A DNA stretch of 64,000 nucleotides from positions 28,522,001-28,586,000 of the forward strand of contig NC_087436.1 in assembly GCF_036321535.1 (NCBI RefSeq), in the 5' to 3' direction. The stretch is from Camelus dromedarius (lineage: Eukaryota). How positions within the stretch are numbered: the stretch's first letter is position 1; each line of letters starts with the position of its first letter. The notes under the pieces were generated by a model. The model was not told where the DNA came from, did not search any database, and worked only from the letters and a program-made list of their open reading frames with translations. The position numbers and the translations under genes are program-made. Of this stretch, positions 52,850 to 64,000 are shown piece by piece.

Positions 52850-54500
52850 ATAGAACTGAAGAGTTAAGTATCTAAATTCCAAGACAGTTCAGGCTGCCAG
52901 GCTGTGAATCCTGGCACTGCCCATCATATCTCTGTAAATTTGGCCAAGTTTGCCTCTGTGCCTCCATTAATATAAATTAATTAATTAATTAATTAATTAA
53001 TTAATAGAAGTCAAATTGTTAATTTTATTTTTGAATTTTTAAGTTGAACTACAGTTGATTTATAATATTATATTAGTGTCAGGTGTACAACTTAGTGATT
53101 CAATATTTTATAGGTTATACTCCATTTAAAATTATTACAAAATAATGACTATATTTTCCTATGCTGTACAATAAACCCTTGTTGCTTATTTATTTTACAT
53201 ATAGTAGTTTGTACGTCTTAATCCCATACCCTTATTTTGCCCCTCCTCTCTTCCCTCTCCCCACTGGTAACCACTAGTTTGTTCTGTATCACTGAGCCTG
53301 TTTCTGTTTTGTTATATACATTTATTTGTTTTATTTTTTAGATTCCACATTTAGGTGATAGCATAGAGTGTTTGTTTTTCTCTGATTTATTTCACTAAGC
53401 ATAATTCTAGGTCCATCCACATTGTTGCAAATGGCAGAATTTAATTCTTTTTTAAGGCTGAGTAATTCATTATATATATATATACACACATATATATGTA
53501 TATATCTCATATCTTTCTCCATTCATCTGTTGATGGACACTTGGGTTGCTTCCATATCTTGGCTATTATGAATAATTACTATGAACATTGGAATGTATGT
53601 ATCATTTCTTTGATGATTAACAATATTGAGCTTCTTTTTATGTACCTGTTGGCCATCAGTATACCTTCTTGAAAAAATGTCTATTCAGGTCTTCTAACCA
53701 TTTTTCAACTTTGTTGTTTGTTTTTTTGATAGTGAGTTGTATGGACTATTTATATATTTTTGATATTAATCCCTTCTCAGCCATATCACTTAAAAATATT
53801 TTCTTCCATTCAGTAAGTTGACTTTTCATTTTGTCAATGATTTCCTTTGTTTCATATAAGCTTTTAATGTATTTGCTTATTTTTGCTTTTATTTCTTTTG
53901 CCATAGGACACAGATCCAAAAAAATATTGCTATGATTTAAGATTTATGTCAAAGAGTGTTCTGCTTGTGCTCTTCTAGGACTTTATTTTTTCCATTTTGA
54001 TTTCAGGTCTAACATTTAGGTCTTTAATCTGTTTTTAATTTATTTTTCTATGTGGTGTGAGGAAATGTTTTAATCTCATTCTTTTACATATAGCTGTCCA
54101 GTTTTTCGAGCACTATTTACTAAAAAGGCTGTCTTTTTCCCCCATTGTGTATCCTTACCTCCTTCGTCATAAAATGAGTGGTTTATTTCTGGGCTCTCTG
54201 TTCTGTTCCATTGATCTATATGTCTGTTTTTGTGCCAGTACCATGCTGTCTTGATTGCTGTAGCTTTGTAATACAGTCTGAAGTCAGGGAGCATGATATT
54301 TCCAACTATGTTTTGTCTCAAAATTGCTTTGGCAATTTGGGATCTTTGTGGTCACTTATTTTTATTTAAAATAGAAGGTAATAATTACTAAGCACATATG
54401 TTTTGAGATGGTTAGATAATTTAATACATATAAAGAGCTAACAAACTGTTCTGGTATATGAGAAATGTCCAACACAGATTTATTAATATTATTATTAGAA
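52850..54500 (+). mobile_element. MIR split by an L1 insertion (MIR pieces ~52850-52970 and ~54355-54500)
   Basis: tgaatcctggcactgcc...cctctgtgcctc on the left continues as ttatttaaaatagaaggtaataa on the right. Confidence 0.55.
53020..54352 (-). mobile_element. 5'-truncated L1 (ORF2 C-terminus plus 3'UTR) with an internal deletion
   Basis: Minus ORF 54076-54321 gives [37 protein letters not shown] (L1 ORF2). Laurasiatherian-type L1 3'UTR at 53020-53600. Confidence 0.92.
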
Positions 54501-57448
54501 TAATTCTTTATTGTCTATATTACTTTTTTCTATATTTGTGATCTTTTTGTGTGGAGTCACTAAATTATACCCAATCAATCAAATTATATAGAACTTTTGT
54601 TCTATACCAGGGACCATAATCTGTTTTATAGCTTTCAATCGAAAAATTTTACATTAGTGCAAACTTTCTGCTTGTTAATATTAGCCATTAATTCTTGATA
54701 TAAAACACTTCTTAGTTTCCATTGCCATGTTTTTATTTAAAAATTAAGTAAAATTCTCATATACATAATATCTATAAAGCTAAAGAAATCTTAGTATGTA
54801 AATATTTTCACAATGTTCACAGTGCAGACTATTCCTTCCCCGTTTTATATCATCCAAAGTAAATGACAGTCTACCAGCCACCTTGTAGAGAACTGTTATA
54901 TGTTAGTTAAATTATAGTGAGATTTTAAACTATTTTCTGTCACTGTCTAAATCTTAACAGCCACGGATTGCTAAAATGTACATCATACACTTTCAGAAAA
55001 CATTACCCAGCTGCTCTAGTGTTCTTGGAATCTACACAGTGAAGATGCACTTGGATCTATCTGCTACTACTCTTGAAGGGCTTTGCCAGTTTGAGAGCAG
55101 AGATTATTATTATTAATCTGTGTCCCTGCTAGGATAAACCTCTTCTTGGAAAGTTTTCCTTTATGTTCTCCAATTGTGATTGTGCTGAAGGAATATGATA
55201 AATTAAATAATGAGATAGCTGAAGTTTCCAGCTTCTTGTCCTGTTACATGATTTTCATGGCTGCAATTCAGACCTTAGGTATAAACAATAGCTCTGGTAA
55301 TTTTCCCTATGGGGAGTGCCATTAATTGTGTATCGGGGGGAACTCATGCAGACAGAAAAGCTCTGTCCTGAGCTGCTAGTTTCCATTCTTACTTATGTTT
55401 TTAGATAAAGCAGAAGTTTATTTCAAATTTATGTGATGTCTGTGGATTCCCTCTGTTATACCTTATGTTGATCCTATGATGCTATAAAAAAATCAACTTT
55501 TTTGGGAGGGGGCGGGGGTAGGGAGATTTTGTATGTTGAATTAGGTATTCTACATGCTATGTTCATTATAATCAGAAAGTTTTAGTTTCTCCAAGATATT
55601 CTTTCAAATAAATAAATAAACCTTAAGCCAAACTAATTTTTCCTATATTGCAGCAAATTATAAAATACATACATTAAAAGAATGGAGAATATAAGGAACA
55701 GGTAAATTAAAAGTGAAAAGTAAAGAATGATGCAAATAAGGAAGAAAATTGAAAGCCATATAAATAAATTTCTAAAATAAAGTTATCTTGAAGGTGTAAC
55801 TTTAGAAATAGATAATTTTGCTGATAGATATATATATTGCTACACTAAGAAGATAAGTTTTGATATAAAAGAAAATCATTTTCTAAATCTCCGTGCAGTT
55901 TAACACTCTACATTTCAACAACAGTTTAGTAGTGAATTTTAAAACCATATTTTGTTGGTTTTGAGGGAAGAAATATTTAAAAATAAGCAATGAAAACATG
56001 GAGGGTCTAATAACCTCAGACATACATAATAAAAAATAAACTTCCTATTCTATGTAGTCAACTTTTATCACAACACAGAGATTTACTCATTTTAGCTTTA
56101 TTATACTACCAGGTTTTATAGGATTTGATACCCTTGCTTAGGAACTTAGATAATAATTTTATTAACAAAATTTAAAACTAGTTTTTTTGGTATTTATTCA
56201 GAAATAACGGGGAAATGCTTATATTTTAAACTACAGTAGGGCAAAGTAGTACTATTATTCTTTTTCTTTTCCCCTTTTCCTTTTTTTTTTTTCCTTTGAT
56301 AAATGACATGGAGAAGGCCTCAGCAAAAAGATACCAAATCTTAAAATTTATTATTGTCAATAGGCTGCATGACCTTTACTTTAACGGCATCTTGGCTGTC
56401 AGTAATAATCCAAGGCTGCACTTTCAAAGATAAAATGAAAGACTTTGCATATTGAATCTCTGGGTCTCCTTGAAAGTGTTCAGAAATCACAGTCATTTAT
56501 TCCCATTGTCAGAGCAAGGTCCATTATGAAAGCCCATTCGTCTTTACTTGAAGATGAAGAGTGGAGAAACTCCACTTCTGCCTTGAATCAAGTACTAACT
56601 ACTTGAGAGCCCTAAGATACATCAACATGCTGACTTGCTGTAGGTATGAGATCTCTCTTTCCATCCTCTCTCTCTCCATCTCTCTCCCCTTTGTGGTTCT
56701 AGGCACTGGTTTTCAAGAGTTTGCTTTACCTTTATAACACACAATTTCAGTGGCACATAAGATAATGCTTTATCACATAACTGACAGTATCTTTTGACTG
56801 GACTTTTAGTTTGTCTGTTTGTTTCTTATTTTTTTTTTTTCCAGCTTAAACTGACCAGCTAAGTTACTAGCAGAATTTTGGAAAAAAGCTTGCTTTGCCT
56901 GGGTAGAGGAATAATATCTACAGGAATCAAAACTAATACATTTTATAAATATCCAATTTCAAATTTTACTTTGAAATAATGTTTCATTTATTTATCATTA
57001 AAAATTCTTAAAAATTGGTCAGAAGATATAATAATATCTAAATACTGTATTGGAACTAATTATCCCAACTTCCAAGAAAAGGTAGGAAATACATACAGAA
57101 TAAAGATAGTAAAGACCATAATACACATGCCATTAGTTGATGCTTTTGCATCAGACTCCAAGTCGTAAATATGGCAATTGTTAGTCTATCATGAGGAATC
57201 CTGTTTTCCTAAAATTGTCAGCTCTGAATAACTTCAGACAAAGAACTTCAGTTTGGCTACTTCTATTCCAACAGAAACACTTGAGTCTCAGAGTACAGCC
57301 TCAGGTTTATTTGAGGTAGGAAAGATAAAGAAAGGACTGAAAGAATATTGATTTGTCAACATGCTTGAACCTTGCCCAGCTAGGCACTTGACACTCAGAA
57401 CAATGCAAAAAAAAAAAAAAAAAAAGGAAAATGGCCAGGAGATGAGGC

Positions 57449-57950
57449 TGAAATTCCCGAGACTGTTGTAGCAAATGACTAAAACCTTGGTGGCGTAAAA
57501 CAGCAGAATTTCTCTCACAGTTTTAGAGGCCAGGGTCCTAAAATCAAGATGTCAGAGGCTCTGTGATCTTTGGAGGCTCTGGGAGAGAATCCATTCCTTG
57601 TCCCTTTTAGCTTCTGGTGGTGCTGGCGTCCTTTGGCTCATGGCCTCATCACTCTGATCAGTACCTCTGTCTTTGCATCACCTTCTGCCTTGTGTTTGTG
57701 TCTAGTCTCCCTTTGGTTCTCTCTCATAAGGACACTTGTGGTGACATTTAGGGTCCACTGTAATCATCATAATTGTTATTGTTAGCCCACCATAATCTAG
57801 GACGATAATCTAGGATAATCTCATCTCTAGTTCCTTAATTTAATCATATTTGCAAAGAACCTTTTTCCAAATAAGGCCACATCTACAAGTTACAAGGATT
57901 AGGACATGGACATACCTCTGGGGTAGTAGTGGCATTTTCAACTTACCACA
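57449..57950 (-). mobile_element. MLT1C-type MaLR LTR
   Basis: ttggtggcgtaaaacagcagaatttctctcacagtt...ctttttccaaataaggccaca...ttaccaca. Candidate flanking repeat ggctg at 57446-57450 and 57951-57955. Confidence 0.85.
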
Positions 57951-59894
57951 GGCTGTTTACCATTATTAGCATGGAAGCAAAAGAATAATGCCACCTCTCA
58001 GTGATGATCTTTTTACACACCTGCAATTATGATAAAATATATAACCTTAAATATGACCAATCCTTGAGGAGGTAAAAAGAGATTTTGGGGAGCACTGACA
58101 CGCAACTGTTTTATGCTGTAACAAAATTAATATTGAACATTTCCCTAACAAATAGTTTAGAATAATATGGAGATTTTTGGACAATTCCCCAAAACTCCCT
58201 TTAAAATATGTGCATTTCAGTTGGTTCTGGTTGATGCAAATAAGAACTGAGAAAACCACTATTTTTACTTTACTTCATCTTTCATATACAAATATTACAA
58301 AATAAACAAAAGTGAGATTGCATATATTAACATCTCATACAGTTGACTGGCTAGTATATGCCAATGGCAGGCATAGATAAGAGGTGGATTTTTGAGTGAT
58401 TTTAATGACGTTTGAATTGATTCCTGAGGGGAGAGAAAAACACTTACATTCATTTTCTATATGTAGTGATAAAGTGCTTTAAAAACGTGAACTAATTTAA
58501 TTAGCTGGCAGTCCTTGATTGTGCCTTAAGAAAAAAAGCACTTTGTATAATACTTTTGTATTTCCTTAAAGAGCTGAACTAACTTACTTTGATGCAAAAG
58601 TCGTCAAGGAGATCTCATCTACTAAAATGCAAACTAGGGATGCTTTTCTGTAGCTATTCTTGGGTACACTCAAATCAAGCTTTTTGAGTCCTAGATTGGC
58701 TGCCTCTAACACCCCCTTATTTACATAAACTCTGGGGCTTTTGCAGTCATCTCTATTGTGCAGTTGAGTTTTTCTGCATGCATTCTGATTAGACTTGTGC
58801 AAAAATGCATGAATTTCTCATCCAATCAAAGGCTGACCTGGGGGAAACTGGCAGGGAGTGGGCAGAGTAGGGAATTACTAAATTGGCAATTCTTTTGTAA
58901 CTCCAGTAGTCATTTGGATGAAATGAACCAGATCTTAAAGAGGGCAGCAGTATTGGTCTAAACAGAAATAGACTAGAATGCTTTTGACTCCTGAAAAGAT
59001 ACTCCCATGAAACATACAAAGAATCATCAGGAATAGAAGACAAAAGATCAATATGGGTGTTTTTCTAGACTATAAAACAAGTGAGATAGCCCAATGAATA
59101 TGTGAATTCTTTATATTCTATGGCAACATACTTGTCATAAAGTAACTTACCAAGACAACAGACTTGTTATAATTTATCACTTCTTTAATTTCTATCAAAT
59201 TACATTGGAGAAAGAAAGGTTTGACAGTAAGGATAAGTTTTATAGATTATTTACAATTTTAGTTATCATGTCAGATGTTTGGATAACACTTGATAAAAAA
59301 GGACACGCAACAAAAACGTACAAATCCTCATACATTTCTCTGCATTCTGTTTTAAATAAATATGAATGCATTATAGAGCATTTTAAACTGTAGAACATAA
59401 AGAAGAATGATGATAATATATAAAATGTATTGAGAAGAATAATATCCTATAATCACCATGATCTAAGTGTTCTAAAATGACTTTATATTACTTCATTTAT
59501 TAGTAGAAAATGCACATATTATAAAACAGCATTTTAATCTGATAATAAAGGATGGCCCTTAATGACTATCACTTTATGAAATATAAGCAAGAATATTTTT
59601 AATCTTACCAAAGCTAGAAACATCTAAGGTCAAATCAATCATATAATATTATCAATTAAAGGGATATGAGTCATTGCAAATGAAAAGAGCAAAGTGAGGG
59701 ATATATACTTTGGAAGCAAATTTATAACATGCCTGAGTGAAAATTTATTGAATAGTAACCATAATTATTAAGTGAAAGTTGGGAAATGTTACATTATGTT
59801 TAAAATTATTTTATTGGTAATACCATAGAATATATGAACATTTATGTGATATATGGATGAACCTCACTTTAGATTATGTTAGAACTAAAGGAGA

Positions 59895-60376
59895 TGCTAA
59901 GGAAAGCCAGAGCTGGACAATAGTTAAAGAGGTAAAATGAGATTTTATTCAGGAACTATCGCAATAGGGGAAAAGAGACCTCATTAGACAACTGGGCTCA
60001 ATTCTGAATATGACAAAGCAAAGTGAGGATTTATAGCCAAGGAACAGGACTGAGGGGTCCTGCGGGAATGGAAAATGACTAAGAGGAGACATCAAAGGTA
60101 GAGGGATTCCTCTAGACTGATGGAACAAGATTCTTGCTGAAGGCAGGCCAAGGGGATCAGACATCACCTGGGTGGATGGTGGAGGATAAGGAATTTGATT
60201 GCATATCGATAGAGATCAGATGCTAAGGGTGGGAGATTCACTCTAAACTGACTTAGCCAAATTCTTGCTAAAATTAGGCTCTCTTAGACCTGTATAGCCT
60301 GGCAAGGATGGGACCTAGTGGATTAGGGCATTGGATGAGGCTGACTAAAGTTTAATCAAGGAGAAGGTATTTGTCA
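59895..60376 (-). mobile_element. MER67/MER31-family ERV1 solo LTR
   Basis: ttttattcaggaactatcgcaataggggaaaagagacctc...gattcttgctgaaggcaggcc...ctgactaaagtttaatcaaggagaaggtatttgtca. Confidence 0.8.
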
Positions 60377-61249
60377 GGGGTCATCAACATGTATACTGAC
60401 CTTGTTTGAGCTACGCTATGTGTGAGTATGAGGAGAGGGAGAGGGGGTGAGAGAGAGAGATGTATATATATAAATTAGATTCAAAGGTTTCTTACTTTTC
60501 AAGTGGAGTCAGTCAAAGTACAAAGCAAGTTCTCTAAATAGGGAGCCTACATTAAAATTGGAAACACTACAGAGGAAACAATAGAATGATAAAACTAGCT
60601 TCCCTGAAGGACTAATTGGGCCATTAGATGCTCATACATAACCTGAGGCCCTAATTACCTTTGCTTTATATAGAACTTTTTGCCTGAGAAGACATCAGTG
60701 GATTCCTTATCTAAAGGTATTGTTACAAAATATTTAGCTTGTGTGAAGAAAAGTACTCGTCTTTTCTTAAAAAAAAAAGTTGATATCCATGCAGAATACA
60801 TTGTGTCTTGTCTATGCTCCTCTGCAATAAATTATTTTTAAAAATTCTTCCCTTTTTTATGCTTTTTTGTATTTTCATTAGATTATTCCTTTCCTTTTTT
60901 CCTTTCTCCTTCTTCTCCCCCTCTTTCCTTCCTTCCTTCCATTAAAAAAAATTCAAGTTGAGGAGAGAAACCAAAAAGTGATAACATGACTTTTGATAAT
61001 TACAGTCTTTCATTATAAAGTGTCATTTCTGGAGCTTTTCCAGAATTTCCTCTCACCTATTACTTCAACCCCTGGACCTACAACCTCCTTTCTATTAGTC
61101 TATCATCACAGTAATGTTATTCTCAAATAGTCACAGGAGTAAGAACACAACAAGGCCTTTTTCTTTCTGTCCACCATTTTTCTCTTATTTCTTTAAGAAT
61201 AAAAACTAAAGAAAAAAGATATATGTATTTCATGCTTACTACTTTCAAT

Positions 61250-61730
61250 TCATAATTTTCCACTACTCTTTAAATCCAATAATCATTGACTTCTATTCCA
61301 AACTTTCACTGAATTAATAGTCATCAAAGACCTTCTACTATTAAGTTTAGTTCCCAGTTGGTGTGTTGCTTCACTGCAGTAGCTCTTAACCTGATTGTCT
61401 AATCTCTACTCTGAAACTTGTTTTTTTTTTTATTTTGTGGACACTACTCATTCTCAGTTCTTCTGATTTGTTAACTATTTCTTCACATTCTCCTTGATGG
61501 ACCACCATCTCTTTTTCTATGTCCAAATATCACTGATCCTTAATATTCTGCAGTCTTTACTCATCTAATCTAGACTTACCCTCTGAGTGACCAATTCTAC
61601 TGATACAGCTTCAGAAAATACCCATACATTGACAAGTAAAAACCCTGAACCTTTATTTGAGTTTCCAAAATCACACATGCCACTCTGTAGGCAGAATCTT
61701 CCACAGAGATTTCTCACTCATTTACTCTCC
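61250..61730 (+). mobile_element. L2 fragment
   Basis: Pyrimidine-rich L2-like sequence (ttcactgaattaatagtcatcaaagaccttcta). Confidence 0.5.
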
Positions 61731-61749
61731 ATAGAGGACATTTGTCATT

Positions 61750-62270
61750 TTATTTATTGTTTCATTTTTCAGCCAGCTAACATCTGAAAACACTTTTTAT
61801 TTGAGCAGAACACCCTGGATGGTTTCCTGGGTGGCAGGACAGGATTTTATCTACTAGGAAGGAAGCCAAAAACCTTTCCCTGATGTCAAACTATGACACA
61901 TGATGTAGATTTGGCTGGTTACTTAGCTTTTCTCTGAGACTTGAATCCATAGCAGTTATTGATTAATTATTAATTAGAATGAATAGCAGGGAGACTCGAT
62001 AAAAACTTGCAAATTGTTCATGGTGCAGGTGGCTGGGATGGCACCAAAAGACCACAAGCAGTCTTGCCATAGTGGTGCCTACTGACACTGCTCCCGCCTG
62101 GCAGTGGTGTGAACATTCTCACTGCCTGACATTCTGCCAGTTTTGTGAGCCTAGTTCTGTAGACATCATTTGCATTTTGTAACCCACTTAGTAAGATTCC
62201 AATAATTCCTTTTTCTGTTTAAAAATATCAATTTCTATTGTTTGAAAAAAAAAAAAACTCTGATGGATGC
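61750..62270 (+). mobile_element. Old ERVL/MaLR-type LTR
   Basis: 3' end aataattccttttctgttt...tttctattgtttg...ctctgatggatgc. Confidence 0.45.
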
Positions 62271-64000
62271 CATCCCCCAATCTCCCTCTCAGGCTAACCA
62301 CACACTAAACATTTCACTTCTTCAGTGTTCATCATTGTAGTGATTTGCACTTTTACCCCAAAGTCACCCGCACCATAAATATGGGTACAATTTTTGTTCT
62401 TCTCTCTTTAGATTTAATTATTTGCTGGGTCCTATTAATTCTAGAGATTTTACATGCCTTTGATGCCCAGTGCCTCCTTGCCAGCCTTATTAATCACTTC
62501 TTATTTAAGGCTCTTGTAATATTTCAACTAGAATATTGTGAATTGTATAACTACATCATTTGTTTTCCCTTTCCAAAATGTCTATTGTGTTAATGTTAGA
62601 AAATTAATAATATTAATGAAAGACAAATATTTCTAAAATACAAATCTATTTTATTAGTCATCACCTACCTATAGCTTATTGGGTAAAAATCAAAGCCAGA
62701 ATAAGAACCAGTAATAATTGTAGCATTATTTTGTCATGTATAGTACAGTACAGACATACACTTGTTCTTTCACTAACATGCAAGGTATACAACTTATGTC
62801 CTTCTCATAATCATGAACCTGAGTTGAACAATGTCTCCAAAGTCTTCAAGCAGGTCCTTCTATACTGAGCTCAGATTTAAATTATCTGTACCATCTCTTT
62901 CTTGAAAGTACACTGCTGCAGCCTCTGATTAAAGTGTGAAGCTGGGAGTCCAGATGACTGAATTTTTTTTTTTTTTGACACAGTTTACTGATTCAATGAT
63001 GGGCGCTTAACTCAACCTAAGCCTACTGATTTCTCTAAAATTTGAATTAAGAAGCATGTGGTTAGACCTATAGTGACAGCCACTGGATTTAAGAAATTCA
63101 TTTCAAGTCAGGGACAGAACTGCACTAGTCCAAAACGATTTTGCCATTGTGAAAGAAGAAGACTAAGAGCCTTTAAAGACAAAAGCTGACAGAACTAGAG
63201 AGAGGGGAGAGGGAAGTGGGGGCGGAGAGAAAGGGAGACTCAATGGAGAAAATAGACTCAGAGAGTCATTTAGCACAGCTGTGTGAAGATTTTCCTGAAA
63301 TGTAGGTCCCATGGGAAGCTCTGATGACGATTATTATATATTCTCCTTCATGAGAACCCGTTTGAGTGGGCTTTTGCACTCTGCAACTTAGTTATCTCTA
63401 GGTTAGAGGCTGTACCAAATCTATCTTTCCTAAATTAAAAGTATGGTCTTTATATTCTTTTCATTACTCTCTCAAAACATTTCAAATACTATAACATTTT
63501 ACTTTCCTTTTCTTCAATGTTTGCAACTCCTCAAGGGTTATTTCAGTATCAACTTGGACTTCAATTTTAAACCTGTATTTTCTTGCGTGTGCTGTTTATA
63601 TTACTTAAGCATATTATCCAGTGAGTCTATTTGTGCTGATCATTTTAAATTAATTTTTTTCTAGTATTCTTTCAGCGTGTAGCTTTAGTTAGCAAGAATT
63701 TCCTCAACTTGCTGCTCTCATAATATTTTTTTTTTGCTTCTGTCTTGACCCCTTTGAAATAACGTAGTCATGTTTGCTGCTTTCAAATCCTCTAGAATCT
63801 CTCCCAAGTCTAGTGAACTTTAAAAAATGTCAGTTAAAGGTTCACTGGTTTTCTTGTTCACTTCCTTTAAAATTCATGGATAGCCGCCATCGAGATGGCT
63901 GCTCTGTCTACTTGAAGCACAGCGCCCTTAGCAGTTCTACTTTTTATCTATACCTTTCTCACTCTTTATCTTACAATTTTATGAAATCTATTCTTGGCTG

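Noticed and set aside
54076..54321. ORF with clear protein homology
   Set aside because: L1 ORF2 remnant with frameshifts and deletions, not a host gene.
56820..56905. Poly-T plus ccag acceptor-like site
   Set aside because: The poly-T run mimics a pyrimidine tract, and there is no convincing donor or frame.
63882..63903. GC-rich hairpin agccgccatc-ga-gatggctgct
   Set aside because: Short, imperfect, with a 2-nt loop; compatible with chance.

Overview
AT-rich, CpG-poor mammalian genomic DNA, most likely camelid. This rests on the short L1 3' end at 16345-16500, which matches the camelid L1 3'UTR as I recall it, and on the absence of ruminant Bov-A/Bov-tA, pig PRE1 or primate Alu SINEs. I could not identify any protein-coding exon, RNA gene or CpG island, so the window looks like a gene desert or a large intron. 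It is dominated by interspersed repeats: L1M/L1MC/L1ME fragments, L2, MIR, MaLR (MLT1A/C/F/H/K), ERVL LTRs (LTR16, LTR33, LTR53, MLT2D), ERV1-type solo LTRs (MER41-like, MER67-like, one young lineage-specific LTR), Tigger1 and MER3, with several nested insertions. The listed ORFs are repeat-derived or chance. Repeat names come from recalled consensus sequences, not from a search, and most boundaries are approximate. I found no convincing novel biological system. The best leads are an 82-bp TTAA-flanked piggyBac-like MITE nested in an L1MC, several motif-dense unique blocks that may be enhancers, and a 356-bp almost pure-purine compound microsatellite.
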